NCBI GenBank assembly: GCA_964016885.1
Contig: OZ024740.1
Location: 111,848,001 to 111,912,000 of the forward strand
DNA from: Eledone cirrhosa
Lineage: Eukaryota
Length of the DNA: 64,000 bases
Reading direction: 5' to 3'
Shown: piece by piece, positions 27,585 through 41,330 of the stretch
Position numbering within the stretch: position 1 is the stretch's first letter
Layout of the letters: each line of letters starts with the position of its first letter
Program-made: the position numbers and the translations under genes
Notes under the pieces: model-generated
Databases searched by the model: none
What the model was told of the DNA's origin: nothing
What the model saw: the letters and a program-made list of their open reading frames with translations, nothing else

Positions 27585-28519
27585 ATATGCATGTGTGTGT
27601 ATGTGTTTATTCAAACATGGTCCTTTGTTTACGTGAATTTTATATCTTATAAACGCATCTCTTCGTAGGCCTGCCTCAAATATACTGCTACTATGTGATA
27701 ATGGTTGTTGTGGTGATGAGGAGGATGAGGGTGAGTAGTAGGAGTGGGGGTGGATGATGATGGTGGAGATGATGACCATAATGATCCTCATGGAATATAA
27801 ATTATTCCTGTGAAGTTGATGAAAGATAATGTGTTCCTTCCGGAATCGTGCCAACTAAAATGCCCTCAACCCAAATATTTTTAGTCAAATCTACCCATCC
27901 TCCCTCCAATCAGTTCTTTATACACAGCTATCATCGCCGCCACTGCCATCAGCAATACTTCTCCTCTTCTTCCCGCTCACCACCAATACCACCATCACCT
28001 CCACAACCATCATTATCATTACTACCATCATCACCATAACGAAGACAACCATCATTATTACCACCGCCATCACCATTACCAAGAGCAACATCACTATCCC
28101 AACTATTATTACCATTCCCACCACAACTACCTTTACCACCCTACCTTCCACACTACAACCAGAACAAACAATGCTACAATAAACACCACCACATCATTAA
28201 CCATAACAATCACCATCACCAAGGCACCCAGCACCACCAGTACAAGGAATACTCCACTGCCAATTCTACCTACACCACCGCCACAATCACTCCCCACCAC
28301 CACCAACGAAACCCGTTTGTAGTCTTAATGAGTCTATATAAACTTCATTAACAATTACGTAAGGATAGAGAAACTTCAATGGTGATGGTCATGGTAGATT
28401 ATCGTTGTAAAGGGCGAGGAAGAGATGCTTAATGCCTGCAGGTATTTGGAGAAATGGTATTAAATTATTTCGGCAGGATGTGAGATGGTTTAATGTTGGT
28501 GTTTGTGTGTCTATAAATG

Positions 28520-28665
28520 CGGCGAATTGGCAGATTCGATACAATGTAGGGTAGAATGTATTGTGACATTAGCTCGGACTCTCTACACTCTGAGTTCAAA
28601 ATCCACAGCTTTGATTTCTATCTTTTGGGGTCGATAAATAAAGTACCATTTCAATGCTGGGGAAT
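28520..28665 (+). mobile_element. Old SINE related to family A
   Basis: ggcgaattggcagattcg...tctgagttcaaaatcc...ggggtcgataaataaagtacc. Confidence 0.65.
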
Positions 28666-28690
28666 CTATTCTCTACACACCCGCATCCTG

Positions 28691-28766
<76 letters not shown>

Positions 28767-28947
28767 CCACACATATATACTGGAAGGATTTCTGCGACCT
28801 GACCTGGGGAACGATGCGCTCTGCGAAGTTTAAATCCCCAAGATGACATGACAAAGCCCCTAAGTTTCCATTAAGAGTTAAAAACCCATGCATGCATGGC
28901 ATGGTGTTTGTCTATTGAACTAGTTTTGTATTCAGTATTTCTGACAT

Positions 28948-29090
28948 GGCTGAAAGGATAGGGAGTTCATTTCCCAACCACTTAGTTCTGGGTTCAGCCC
29001 TATGGAGAGGAGTCTTCTACTATAGCCTCGGTTTGATAAATTCCATGTGATGGGAATTTGGCTAATAGAAACTGCAGATGACTGTTGTAT
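28948..29090 (+). mobile_element. Degraded tRNA-derived SINE (third family)
   Basis: ttcccaaccac...ctgggttcagccc...tcttctactatagcctcgg...gaaactg, followed by (GT)n. Confidence 0.5.
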
Positions 29091-29134
29091 GTGTAAATGT
29101 GTGCGTGTGTGCGTGTGTGTGTGTGTGTTGTACA

Positions 29135-29513
<379 letters not shown>

Positions 29514-29625
29514 CTTAAACTCTTTCAATCTATCACCTCTTCCTATATAATATATTCTAAACATATTCTCTTCGTATATTCGTCTGTATCTTTTTATCTA
29601 TTACTAACCCCTCTTTCTCTCCTCC

Positions 29626-29667
<42 letters not shown>

Positions 29668-29905
29668 TATATATCACAGCCCCACCAGTCCTATATACAA
29701 CTCCCTCTACCCATCTTAACAAATTTATACGTACATAAATCTTCACACATATTTGCCGTAATTTCATGCATAACTTCACACGATTTCACGCGTGTGCTGA
29801 CATGTATCAGAACACGCACATACACACACTGGACAAACACGCATGAACATATACATGAACATATACACAAACATACACGCAAACATTCTTTTTCTTTTCT
29901 CCATT

Positions 29906-29968
<63 letters not shown>

Positions 29969-29999
29969 AGATACTATTTATAGTTATGTATAATCTATA

Positions 30000-30085
<86 letters not shown>

Positions 30086-30301
30086 CACTCACGCGCGCAC
30101 ATAAACGTACACGGATTATATAAAGTACAGACATATTTCTAAGTTATCAACAACTAAGATTTGTCTTGCCATTACCAAATCTAACACTATCAGCGCTACC
30201 ACCATCAAAACCGCTACCAGAGTCATCAATGTTATCACCAATACAAATACCAACTACAACAACATCATAACAGAGACACACACAGATGCACCCCCCCCCC
30301 C

Positions 30302-30392
<91 letters not shown>

Positions 30393-30394
<2 letters not shown>

Positions 30395-30671
30395 GGAGGT
30401 GAGTTTTATTGTAGTACAATAAAGCAATGCAGATATCGGCTAAGAAGCACTCTACAGTTTGTAGGACTGGAGTATACATAATATATAAGAACAAAAGATG
30501 GTTAAAAGAGTTCCATGTATTTTAACTGCACTATCCACAAGTGTTTTTTAAACTTCATATCATGTCTTCCTATTTTATCTGATGAAAACACAAATATTAT
30601 TGCATGATGATATTTGTTTTTGAAATGCGCATAATACAATACATGGAACTCTTTTAACCATCTTTTGTTCT

Positions 30672-30681
<10 letters not shown>
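30393..30681 (+). mobile_element. Palindromic PLE mini-element in (TA)n
   Basis: Arms 30478-30521 / 30638-30681; left extension with GCACTC...GAGTA (30447-30474). Confidence 0.85.
30571..30641 (+). ncRNA. Minimal type I hammerhead ribozyme
   Basis: TATTTTAT CTGATGA aaacacaaatattat tgcatg atgatatttgttttt GAAA TGCGCA TA/ ATACAATA. Confidence 0.85.
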
Positions 30682-30722
<41 letters not shown>

Positions 30723-30849
30723 AAAGTTCTATTTAAATTGTTGGGATGCAACAAGCAAATATTTTTATAACTGATATAAAGCACTCAACAAGTGTTTGGA
30801 GTAAACATACGATATTAACAAATGGAAACTATATTTATAAAACCATATT

Positions 30850-30914
30850 TATTTCATTATACATATTTCAAGGACACCAAGTTAAATTATGGTGTGCTTT
30901 CATCAGACAAAATA
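30850..30914 (-). ncRNA. Minimal type I hammerhead ribozyme
   Basis: Reverse-complement copy of 30973-31037 (one substitution in stem II). Confidence 0.8.
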
Positions 30915-30972
30915 TAATATAGATCAGTTTTAAGGGTATGTCAATATTTATTTATAAAACTGATCTATATTA

Positions 30973-31037
30973 TATTTTGTCTGATGAAAGCACACCATAA
31001 TTTAACATGGTGTCCTTGAAATATGTATAATGAAATA
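30973..31037 (+). ncRNA. Minimal type I hammerhead ribozyme
   Basis: TATTTTGT CTGATGA aagcacaccat aatttaac atggtgtcctt GAAA TATGTA TA/ ATGAAATA. Confidence 0.8.
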
Positions 31038-31100
31038 AATATGGTTTTATAAATATAGTTTCCATTTGTTAATATCGTATCTTATATATATATATATATA

Positions 31101-31198
31101 TAACGAAGGAGTTGTGGTAAGGAACCAGATGGACCATAACGCACCAGAAATAGCCTTCGAAACGGCTTGAGCTCTGCCGTCGGGGTCATACATTTTCA
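31101..31198. mobile_element. PLE mini-element fragment (family of 3449-3704)
   Basis: aacgaaggagttgtggtaaggaaccagatggaccataacgcaccag fused to gaaacggcttgagctctgccgtcggggtcatac. Confidence 0.75.
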
Positions 31199-31308
31199 TA
31201 TATATATATATAAATGAAAGGTATAGAAAATATTGTAGCAAAAAGCCAACACTATTCCATAATAATATATAAGTGACGATAGCATCAAAATGGGAAAAAT
31301 AGTTAACG

Positions 31309-31346
<38 letters not shown>

Positions 31347-31353
31347 GTATATT

Positions 31354-31422
<69 letters not shown>

Positions 31423-31533
31423 GCGTATATACAAATACATACCTATATATATACATACATAAATGTATATATATATGCCTATATATACATATCCCTCTCT
31501 CTCTCTCACACACACACACACTCTCTCTCTCTC

Positions 31534-31571
<38 letters not shown>

Positions 31572-31799
31572 CAAATAAATTATCGAGAATCGGAACCTCG
31601 GCCCTCGAAATAACGAAACACAATCTTCGAAATGTGAGGCAAAGTGCTCAATAGTTTGGATAAACCAGAGCTATAATTAACGCTTAATACCAACACACTG
31701 AGACGATGCTTAAACAATCATTCGCACAGCCGAAAATTCGACCAAGAAAATTCGGGTCAGACAAATAAAAATATATATGAATGAAAAAAAACAAAAAAA

Positions 31800-32007
<208 letters not shown>

Positions 32008-32099
32008 TTACATATATACATATAATATATATATATATACATCTTTTATCTTTTACCTGTTTCAGCCATCCGGCTGAGGCCATGCTGGGGCACCGCCGT

Positions 32100-32136
<37 letters not shown>

Positions 32137-32159
32137 TATATATATATATATATATATAA

Positions 32160-32244
<85 letters not shown>

Positions 32245-32372
32245 AAAGTTATATTTAAAATTGTTGGGTTACAACTAGTAAATATTTATAACTGATATAA
32301 AAGCACTCGACAAATATTTGGAGTATATTTACAATATTAAATAAATGGAAACTATATTTATAAAACCATATT

Positions 32373-32438
32373 TATTTCATTATATATATTTCGGGGATAT
32401 CATATTAACAATATGCTATGCCTTCCTCAGACAAAATA
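32373..32438 (-). ncRNA. Minimal hammerhead (mirror copy)
   Basis: Exact mirror of 32473-32538. Confidence 0.7.
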
Positions 32439-32472
32439 CAATATAAACAGTTTTATAAAACTGTTTATATTG

Positions 32473-32538
32473 TATTTTGTCTGAGGAAGGCATAGCATAT
32501 TGTTAATATGATATCCCCGAAATATATATAATGAAATA
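32473..32538 (+). ncRNA. Minimal hammerhead, imperfect stem II
   Basis: TATTTTGT CTGAGGA aggcatagcatatt gtt aatatgatatcccc GAAA TATATA TA/ ATGAAATA. Confidence 0.7.
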
Positions 32539-32579
32539 AATATGGTTTTATAAATATAGTTTCCATTTATTTAATATTG

Positions 32580-32610
<31 letters not shown>

Positions 32611-32635
32611 TATATATAATATATATATGTATATA

Positions 32636-32679
<44 letters not shown>

Positions 32680-32867
32680 GGGTGTCACAAGTGAGAAACG
32701 GGGTGACTGCTAAGAAAGATAAATAATATATCCATGTGATGGAATGAACAATAAAAACAAAGAACACAAAAAACAATAAATACGGGAAAAGTGATGCATA
32801 AAAATGAATTATTGGAGTATTGACAGCACTGTTAATAGAGGATATGTTATGAGGTACAGGGGAATAT

Positions 32868-33072
32868 TGTGGTGGTGGTGGTGGTGTGGTGGTGGTGGTG
32901 TGGTGTGGTGTGGTGGTGTGGTGGTGGTGTGGTGTGGTGGTGGTGGTGGTGGTGGTGGTGGTGGTGGTGGTGGTGGTGGTAGTGCTGGTGGTGGTGGTGG
33001 TGGTGGTGGTGATAGTGATGGCGGTAGTGCTTGTGGTGGTGGTGTTGGTCGTCGTCGTCGTGGCGTTGGTTG

Positions 33073-33103
<31 letters not shown>

Positions 33104-33510
33104 GGTGGTGATGCTGGTGGTGGTGGTGATAGTGGGGGTGATGGTGAAGGGGGAGATAGTAATAACAATCAATTATAACAATAATAATTTCTGTCACACA
33201 ATGATGATGATGATGATGATGGAACTAGAATTGTGACGGTGGGGGCGGTAGTGGTATGGGGATAATGATGGTACTAGTGTAAGTGATGGTAATGTTGTTG
33301 TTGATGGTAGTGTTTGTGTTAGTGATGGTGGTGGTGGTGGTGGTGGTGGTGGTGGTGGTGGTGTTGGTGTTAGTGGTGGTTGTTGTGGTAGTGCTACGGA
33401 CAATGATGATAATGACGGTGGTGGGGGCAATGGTGTTGTTGTTGGTGGTGGTGATGCTGTCGATGGCGGTGGTGATGCTTGGAGTTGTGGAGTTGGAGCT
33501 GGGTGTGGTC
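32868..33510 (+). repeat. (GGT)n-rich low-complexity tract
   Basis: Direct inspection. Confidence 0.9.
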
Positions 33511-33724
33511 ATGTTTTGCTTTTATGTTTGATAAAGTAAGTCTAAGAGATGAGACATTCCGATATGGAATTTCTCAGGAATTTGGTGTGGAACTGAACAT
33601 GGAATTGTTAAGACGAGATTCTTTAATGATTCTAGTGATATTTGGAAATACAATGGCGCTTGTTGATATTGATCTGTTGAAATTTGAACGGAGGCCGTGA
33701 TTATCTTAATGTTAAACCGTATAT

Positions 33725-34168
33725 TGAGTGGAGGTTAGTTTGTGAGTTGAAGTTAGTTCGTGAGTTGAGGTTAGTTTGTTATTTGAAGTTAGCTTGTGAG
33801 TTAAGGTTAGCCCTTGGGTTAAGGTTAGCCCGTGAGTTAAGGTTAGCCCGTGAGTTAAGGTTAGCCTGGGAGTTGAGGTAAGCACGTGAGTTGAGGTAGC
33901 CCGTGAGTTGAGGTTAGCTTGTGAGATGAGACTAGCTCGTAAGTTAAGGTTAGCTCGTGAGTTAAGGTTAGCTCGTGGGTTAAGGTTAGCCCGTGAGTTA
34001 AGTTTAGCCCGTGAGTTGTGGTTAGCTTGTGAGATGAGACTAGCTCATGAGTTGAGTTTAGCTGGTGAGTTAACGTTAGCTCGTGAGTTAAGGTTAGCTC
34101 GTGAGTTGAGGTTAGTTCGTGAGTTGAAGTTAGTTCGTGAGTTGAGTTTAGCTCGTGAGTTGAGGTTT
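33725..34168 (+). repeat. 18-bp minisatellite (~24 units)
   Basis: Unit gagttaaggttagc(c/t)cgt; 6-aa periodicity RELRLA in translation. Confidence 0.92.
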
Positions 34169-34282
34169 TATGTCCTTTTTCACACCAATGCCTATAATTA
34201 AAAACTAATTATATCTGCTTTAAATTTATTTTCCAATACATAGTGAATCATGTATAAATAATTATAATTACTGTTATTCCTT

Positions 34283-34510
34283 CGGCAGTTAGATGGATTA
34301 GCAGAGTCGGTAGAGCATCAGAAAAATGCTTAGTAGTATTTTTTTTCTGGATCATCTTTTTCCGAATTCTAATCTGGCCGGAGTGAACTTTGCCTTTCGT
34401 CTTTCTGCAGTCGATAAAATATAGTGCTAATCGATGACTAGGGTCAATATAATCAACTGCTTCCTCCTCCTAAAATGGCTCGTCTTGTGCCTAAATTAGA
34501 GACTATCATT
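34283..34510 (+). mobile_element. Old SINE related to family A
   Basis: ggattagcagagtcggtagagc...gaactttgcctttcgtc...gtcgataaaat...tcttgtgcctaaattaga. Confidence 0.7.
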
Positions 34511-34528
34511 ATTGATGTTGTTGTTCTT

Positions 34529-34588
<60 letters not shown>

Positions 34589-35012
34589 TATACACACAGC
34601 CAGCACCTAGGCATTTAGCCCCTCTGCTAACCCTACAATATACGCTCCATTCTCCCAAATAAAATAATTTCTACATGCAGTTTGGTAAATTGACGAACCT
34701 AGTTTTGATACTTCTTCCTCTGATTACATCAAGAAAATTACTAAGCCTGCATTTTCCATGCCAAATCATGTGACCCTAATCTACCCTAAATCATACGATC
34801 CTCTCCAACGCTTCCTATAAAAATATGATCCTTTAAGATTCAGTAATGCATCTCGCTGAGGTCTGCACCCTAGCTGACTGTCGTGTCGACCTTAATAGTA
34901 GCACCGCCCATGAGTACACCAGAAAGCTAGCTTTGTTGTACAGTGGTTGAATGTTGTAAAAGAGTTTGTGATAAACCTTATTGGTTCTACTTTTCAAAAC
35001 ATAAATAAATAA

Positions 35013-35460
35013 GAAATTTGAAAATATAGTCCCCACAATGCAGACAATTAGAATAATACCAGAATAAATTGGGTAAAGTAGCGCTAGAGATGGGGAAAAT
35101 AGACAGAAATGCATACGGTGAATCGATACATGCATTTCTCTATTTTACTCGATTTATTATTCAGTTATTATTTATAGTTAAGGGTGCTGGATTGGCATTA
35201 TCGGTAGAGCGTGGACACCATGTTTTGCAGCTTAAAGTTACGGCCCTTTACGTTCTAAGTGCAAATCCCGCCGAGGTTAACTTTGCTTTCATCTTTACGG
35301 GGTCGATAAAATAAAACACCAGTAACGTACTGGGGTCGATTTAATCGACTTTTCCCTCCCTCAAAATTACTGGCCTTGTGCCTATAGTAGAAATTATTAT
35401 TTATAGTTAACCACTACTATTGCAATTCTCTACATTGTGGTGTCTATATTTTCAAATTTC
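35013..35460. repeat. Decayed inverted-repeat element interrupted by a SINE
   Basis: 35013-35048 is similar to the reverse complement of 35425-35460; inner IR aaaatagacagaaatgcat / atgcatttctctatttt. Confidence 0.6.
35182..35393 (+). mobile_element. Full-length SINE family A (long variant) with TSD
   Basis: 17-bp perfect TSD ttattatttatagttaa (35165-35181, 35394-35410). Confidence 0.92.
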
Positions 35461-35970
35461 CCAATGCTTCGTGTAATAAATTATATTTACGGTCGACAAA
35501 CAACATAGTGTCAAACGGTTAGTGACCACTTCGACCCGAGTGCAAGTTGAAGAATTTGTTTTAAGACGTTGCTGCAGTCACTTAAACCCATCGATCTTTC
35601 ATCTATCGATCGATTTGGATCAGCTAAGCATTCATAAATATCTGTATCGGCTGACTTAAAAGCAATAAACCTGTCGATCTGTTACACAGGCCTAAAAATA
35701 AAACATGCTAATCTTGGATCTAAATATGCACAAGGTTTCCTTTTCAACTTTCTCCCACTCCCCACACCTCTATCATTATGTGTATTCCTTCGTTCTTTTC
35801 TTCTTCCCTTCCTTCTTTCCTTCCTTCCTATGATCCATTCTGTAATATCTGACTTTATCTCTTTCATATAAATTATATTTATTATTATTATTATTGCATT
35901 TGTATCTTTCTGCAACTGACAGAGTTTTTTTAAACAGATAATCTTCCCTCATCCTCGTTATTATTATGCA

Positions 35971-36540
35971 TTTCATTCTTACGGGGTCGATAACTAAAGC
36001 ACCAGTAATGCACTGGGGTCGATTTAATCGAGTTTCCCCTCCCCGTCAAATTGCTGATTTTGTGCCTACTTAACCTCGGGTGTCTCAGTTCAAATCCCGC
36101 CGAGGTTAGTTTTGTCTTTCATCCCTACAGGGTCGATAAAATAAAGTAACAGTAATGCACTGGAATAATTTCTGGCTTTGTGCCAAAAGTAGAAACAATT
36201 ATTATTAAAATCCCGCCGAGGTTAAATTTGCCTTTCATCCTTGCGGGGTCAATAAATAAAGCACTGGGATTGATTTAATCGACATTCTCCTACCCCAAAA
36301 TTTCTGGCTTTGTGCCTATAATAGAAATCATCATCATCATCATTATTTGGCAGTATCGGTGGAGAGTCGGACGCCATGCTTTCTAGCATAGTTACGTCCC
36401 TTTACGGTCTGAGTTCAAATCCCGCCGAGGTTAACTTTGCCTTTCATCCTTATGGGGTCGATAAAATAAAGTACCAGTAATGTACTGGGTATTTGCTGGC
36501 CTTGTGCCTAAAATAGAAACAATTATTAGTATTATTATTG
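35971..36540 (+). mobile_element. Cluster of four head-to-tail SINE A copies/fragments
   Basis: Repeated central domain and tails at ~35971, 36085, 36208, 36347. Confidence 0.88.
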
Positions 36541-39325
36541 TTCTTTGAGTCTCAGTCATTGATGTTAGTTAACTGGAAAGTTTGTTGAAATGAATATCAA
36601 GCCACTACCTGCAGCCTCAGATATTCAGGACGTATCGGAGGGTTCTTGCTGTTCCCAGCAAGCATGCCTTTTGAGGTGTTCCAAAAAGCGCGAAGGGGCC
36701 AATTTTCTTTAACCATCCCTGTAAATTTTTTGAGATAGTACCTAGTGCGCATATGACAATCGGGACCACTTTGACTTCATGGCAGTTCCAAATCCTTTTT
36801 ACCTCCCACTTTAAGTCGTGGTATCGGTTAATTTTCTCCCTCTCCTTCTCTTGCACTCTCGTGTCGAATGGGCAGGCCACATCCACAATCAGACACGATA
36901 ATTTTTCCTTGTCCAAAACCACCAGGTCAGGTCTATTGTGTTCCAGTTTCTTGTCCGTCTGTATCCTAAAATCCCACAGCACCTTCACCTGATCGTTTTC
37001 TATCACCGACTCTTGCTTATGCTCATACCACTTCTCAGAATGTGGTAAATTGTCTACTTTGCATAGGTGTCAGTGGATCACCCTGCCCATCACACCATGT
37101 CTCCAGCCTTTATAGTGAGTCTTGGCTAGGTGTTTACACTCGGATACAATGTGAGCCACAGTTTCCTCTCTCACTCCACAGATTCTGCACAGTGGGCTAG
37201 CCTCCTCCTTGTAAATATGGTGTTTCAACAACTTCGTTTTGAGGGCCTGCTCTTGCGCAGCCATTAGCATTCCTTCTGTAGCCTTTTTAAGGTCTCCTCT
37301 TTTCAACCAGTTCCATGTCTGTGGATCTCTGAATTCAGTTTTCTCAAAGAAGGTACTATGAAGGGATTTTTCATGAAGGCTGCTCTTTCTCCTTGTTATT
37401 TCCTCCTTGGTCATCCCCTGGTCTATTGTCCTCTCCTTCAGTACAATTCTGAGCATTGCCTCCTTACTATCAGTCACGTATTTGTGTAGGTTGTTTTTCT
37501 TATCTGAACACAGTCCTCTATGCTGATAAGACCTCTTCCACATTCAGATCTCCTTAAGTAGAGTCTATCGACATCACTCCTCTTGTGGAACATGTAGATA
37601 GTCAATAGCTTCCTCGTCTTCCTATCCATTTCTTTTTGTTCAGCAACATTCCATCTCAGAATTCCCGCACTGTACCTAATAATAGACACAGCTCGGGAAT
37701 TTACTACACTTATGGCATTCCTACTGTTCAGATGTGACTTTAATACGCTCCTTATTCTCCGAATGTATTCAGATATTATCAATTCCTTTATTTTTTTGTT
37801 CTTGATGTCATCAGCCTCCAGAACACCCAAATACTTGTATCCTTCTTCAGTGTCAATTTCCTTTATCATCTCACCTGTTGGTACCTGGATTCCGTTGCTT
37901 CTGCTCAATTTCCCCACTCTTCATCACAAGGACTCCACACTTACTAATACCAAATTGCATACATATATCATTGCTGAAAATACGGACAGTGTCAACAAGC
38001 ACATCCAACTCCTTCACACTCTTTCCGAAGAGCTTAAGATCGTCCATGAAGAGGAGGTGATTGATGGTATGCTTTCCATTTCCCAACTTGTATCCTGCTA
38101 TCACTTTTCGCAGTATAATGGTCAGGGACATCAGGGCAAGGACAAACAACAGAGGGGACAGACTATCTCCCTGGAAGATACCTCTCTTGGTCTTCACGCC
38201 TCCCAAGGATTCTCCAGCTGATGTTAACTCTGTTATCCAGGACTTCATACTTTTGCCCAACAACTGTCTGATGTTATCTGCCACATTGAAGATCTCTAGG
38301 CTTTTGGTGATCCAAGAATGAGGCACCATGTCAAAAGCCTTTTTGTAGTCTATCCATTCCATGGCAAGACCAGTTACTTATCAATAAGTAACTGGTCCTT
38401 TGTACCACGGGATTTCTTTCGGCATCCTTTCTGTTCGTCCGGTAACAAGTTGTTTGTGTGGAGGTGATGGTAGATTTCCTCAGACATAATTGTTTCTACT
38501 ATTGGCACTTACCAGCAATTACCAGCAATTACCCAGTACATTACTGGTACTTTATTTTATCGACCCCGTAAGGATGAAAGGCAAAGTTAACCTTGGCGGG
38601 ATTTGAACTCAGAATGGCAAGGGCCGTAACGCTATGCGTCAAAGCATGGCGTCCGATCCTCTACCGATACTGCCAATCCACCCTCAGACATAATGCATGT
38701 CAACAGTTTCCACATTACGGACAGACATGTGATAGGTCTATAGTTGGTAACATCGTTACCCTTGATTCGGTTTTTCATTACCAGAACTGTAGTACCTTTT
38801 GTCAACAACTCTGGTACCTCACCTGACATCAAACAGTCATTGAACATGGTTGTCAGTTTCGGGTGGAGGGATGTTATATTTTTAATCGAATACCCCTGCA
38901 TACCATCTGGGCCTGGTGATTTCCAGTTGGTTAGTTTTTTGGCCTGCCCCTTAAGAGTTTCAACTGTGATACTCAAATCAGTTTGTTGGTGTGCCTGTTC
39001 ACTGATCTCCTTCTGTACTGTCTCAATCCACACTGCCTGGTCATTATGTTTAACATCCTGCTCCCATATTCCTCTCCAGAATGTCTTAGTTTATTTCGCC
39101 TCAGGGATCAAGTCGTTGCCTCTTTCTTTCCCTTCAAGCTGTCCAAACGGCATCTTCTGGTTGTTGTCAAACATGCGATTCTGTCTATACTGCTCTCGTA
39201 TCGCCTAATGTTTGCACTCTTTGCTACAATGCGTTGCTTCAGTTCCTCTATGATAATATTTAGCTTTTTCCTCCTAGTTTTGTATTTTATTTCCTGTCTA
39301 TTTTTAGTGTCTATGTTTTTGTATT
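36541..39325 (-). mobile_element. R4/Dong-type non-LTR retrotransposon, 5'-truncated, frameshifted
   Basis: NWKSPGPDG, NYRPITCL, WIDYKKAFDMVPHSWI, GIFQGDSLSPLLF, NHLLFMDDLKLF, YKYLG, CCHC finger CRICGVREETVAHIVSEC, REL nuclease RPDLV...IVDVACP...EKINRY. Flanked by short (TAA) runs. Confidence 0.92.
38491..38681 (-). mobile_element. SINE family A inserted in the R4/Dong RT
   Basis: 13-bp TSD cctcagacataat (38478-38490, 38682-38694). Confidence 0.93.
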
Positions 39326-39545
39326 ATTAGTGGCCTTTTAATGGGCTTTCTCCACAAATGTCCATCCGAAGTCTCCCCCCTATGGGGGAATTTTTCATTG
39401 TTATTTTTATTACATCCTCTGTTTTTGTTTTTTACACACAGAAATGCCCATTTGTACCATCCTGTATTGTCCTGTACTGTCCTTAATGTCTACTTTATGT
39501 AAACCTTTGTGGTTAATAAAGAAAGTATTATTATTATTATTATTA

Positions 39546-40528
39546 TGCACTGGGTAATTGCTGACCTTGTGCCTAAAGTAGAAACAATTATTGATTGGCA
39601 GTATCGGTAGAGGGTCGGACGCCATGCTTTCCTTTACGATCTGTGTTCAAATCCCGCCGAGGTTGACTTTGCCTTTCATCCTTACGGGGTCGATAAAATA
39701 AAGTACCAGTAATGCAGTGGGTAATCGCTGGCCTTGTGCCTAAAGTAGAAACAATTATTATTATTATTATCATCATCATTATTATTTCCATGAAAACCTC
39801 CTCCTTGATGATACTCTTCTTGTGGTCGATAGAATAAAATACCAGTTAAAAACTGGAGCCGATTTAATCGACTTTCCCTTTTCCCCCCCAAACTGCTGGC
39901 CTGGTAACCAATTATTATTGGTGGATTGGCAGTATCGGTAGAGGGGCGGACGCCATGCTTTGACGCATAGAGTTACGGCTCTTGCCATTCTGAGTTCAAA
40001 TCCCACCGAGGTTAACTTTGCCTTTCATCCTTACGGGGTCGATAAAATAAAGTACTAGTAATGCACTGGGTAATTGCTGGCCTTGTGCCAAACGTAGAAA
40101 CAATTATTATTATTGCTTTTAGGGCGGTGGATTGGCAGTATCGGTCGAACGTCAAACACCATGCTTTGCAGCATAGAGTTACGGCCATTTACGGCCTGAG
40201 TTCAAATCCCGCCAAAGTTAACTTTGCCTTTCATCCTTACAGCGTCGATAAAATAAAGCACCAATAACGTACTGGGGTCGATTTGATCGACTTCCCCCCC
40301 CCCCCCCCAAAAAAAAAATTACTGGCCTTGTGTCTATAATAGAAATCAGTATCGGTAGAGGGTCGGACGTCATGCTTTGACGCATAGAATTACGGCCCTT
40401 TCCATTCTGAGTTCAAATCCCGCCGAGGTCAACTTTGCCTTTCATCCTTACGGGGTCGATAAAATAAAATACCAGTAATGTACTGGGTAATTGCTGGCCT
40501 TGTGCCAAAAGTAGAAACCATTATTATT
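39546..40528 (+). mobile_element. Cluster of ~6 head-to-tail SINE A copies
   Basis: Copies at ~39546, 39592, 39790, 39920, 40122, 40348, separated by (ATT)n tails. Confidence 0.9.
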
Positions 40529-40764
40529 GTTGCCATTAATAAGATTATTATTCATATCATTAGTGTTCTTCAATTTTGAATTGATTATCAGATAACTTGG
40601 AGTAACCTCGATTTTCTTTGAGAGATATAATCGTGTTTATTGTGGAATGGAAATATTTAGGATTAAACTCGTATTATTGTAAATGTTTCATTTACATTTC
40701 TACTTTTCACTGCAAATGGGAAAAAAAAAATACTAACCGATAGTGAATGGAATAAGAGGTGTGC

Positions 40765-40892
<128 letters not shown>

Positions 40893-41274
40893 AAACAAAC
40901 CTGGGTAAGAATTATAGTAGAAGAGAGAGGTGTGGAAAGATAAGGGAGGGTGAAAAAGAGAAGGAGTGAAAGAAAATACTCTAAAGAGAAGAAAAAAGTA
41001 TGCGTGATCGGTTTAAAGTAGTGAGGGGTGGAGCAGAATACATGCTATTTAAGATGGTGGAAATGTTTTATGGAAAGGTCTTAATACTTGAGTATTTTTT
41101 CAGTTATTGATTCAGTTAAGATATATCCGAACAAATCCATTTCCATGTTGTTCCAGAATACAAGAAGAGACTTAGTCAACTGGTGAGAAAGAAAAAGATA
41201 CGGGGAAATAACTTACGATGACGATTCTATTTTTTTTTTGTTATTAGAAGGCCCCATATATATATATGTGTGTG

Positions 41275-41330
<56 letters not shown>

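Larger units (their letters stand above)
30721..31080. mobile_element. Palindromic PLE mini-element with two opposed hammerheads
   Basis: 126-bp arms 30807-30932 / 30955-31080, 22-bp spacer, extension 30721-30806. Confidence 0.9.
32243..32581. mobile_element. PLE mini-element with perfect 252-bp palindrome
   Basis: 32330-32455 is the exact reverse complement of 32456-32581 (checked by 10-mers); extension 32243-32329. Confidence 0.92.

Noticed and set aside
34833-35135. Hydrophobic ORF resembling a receptor transmembrane segment, with an acceptor-like site
   Set aside because: The hydrophobic stretch is encoded by one arm of an inverted repeat (35013-35048/35425-35460), ends in a stop and has no supporting exons.
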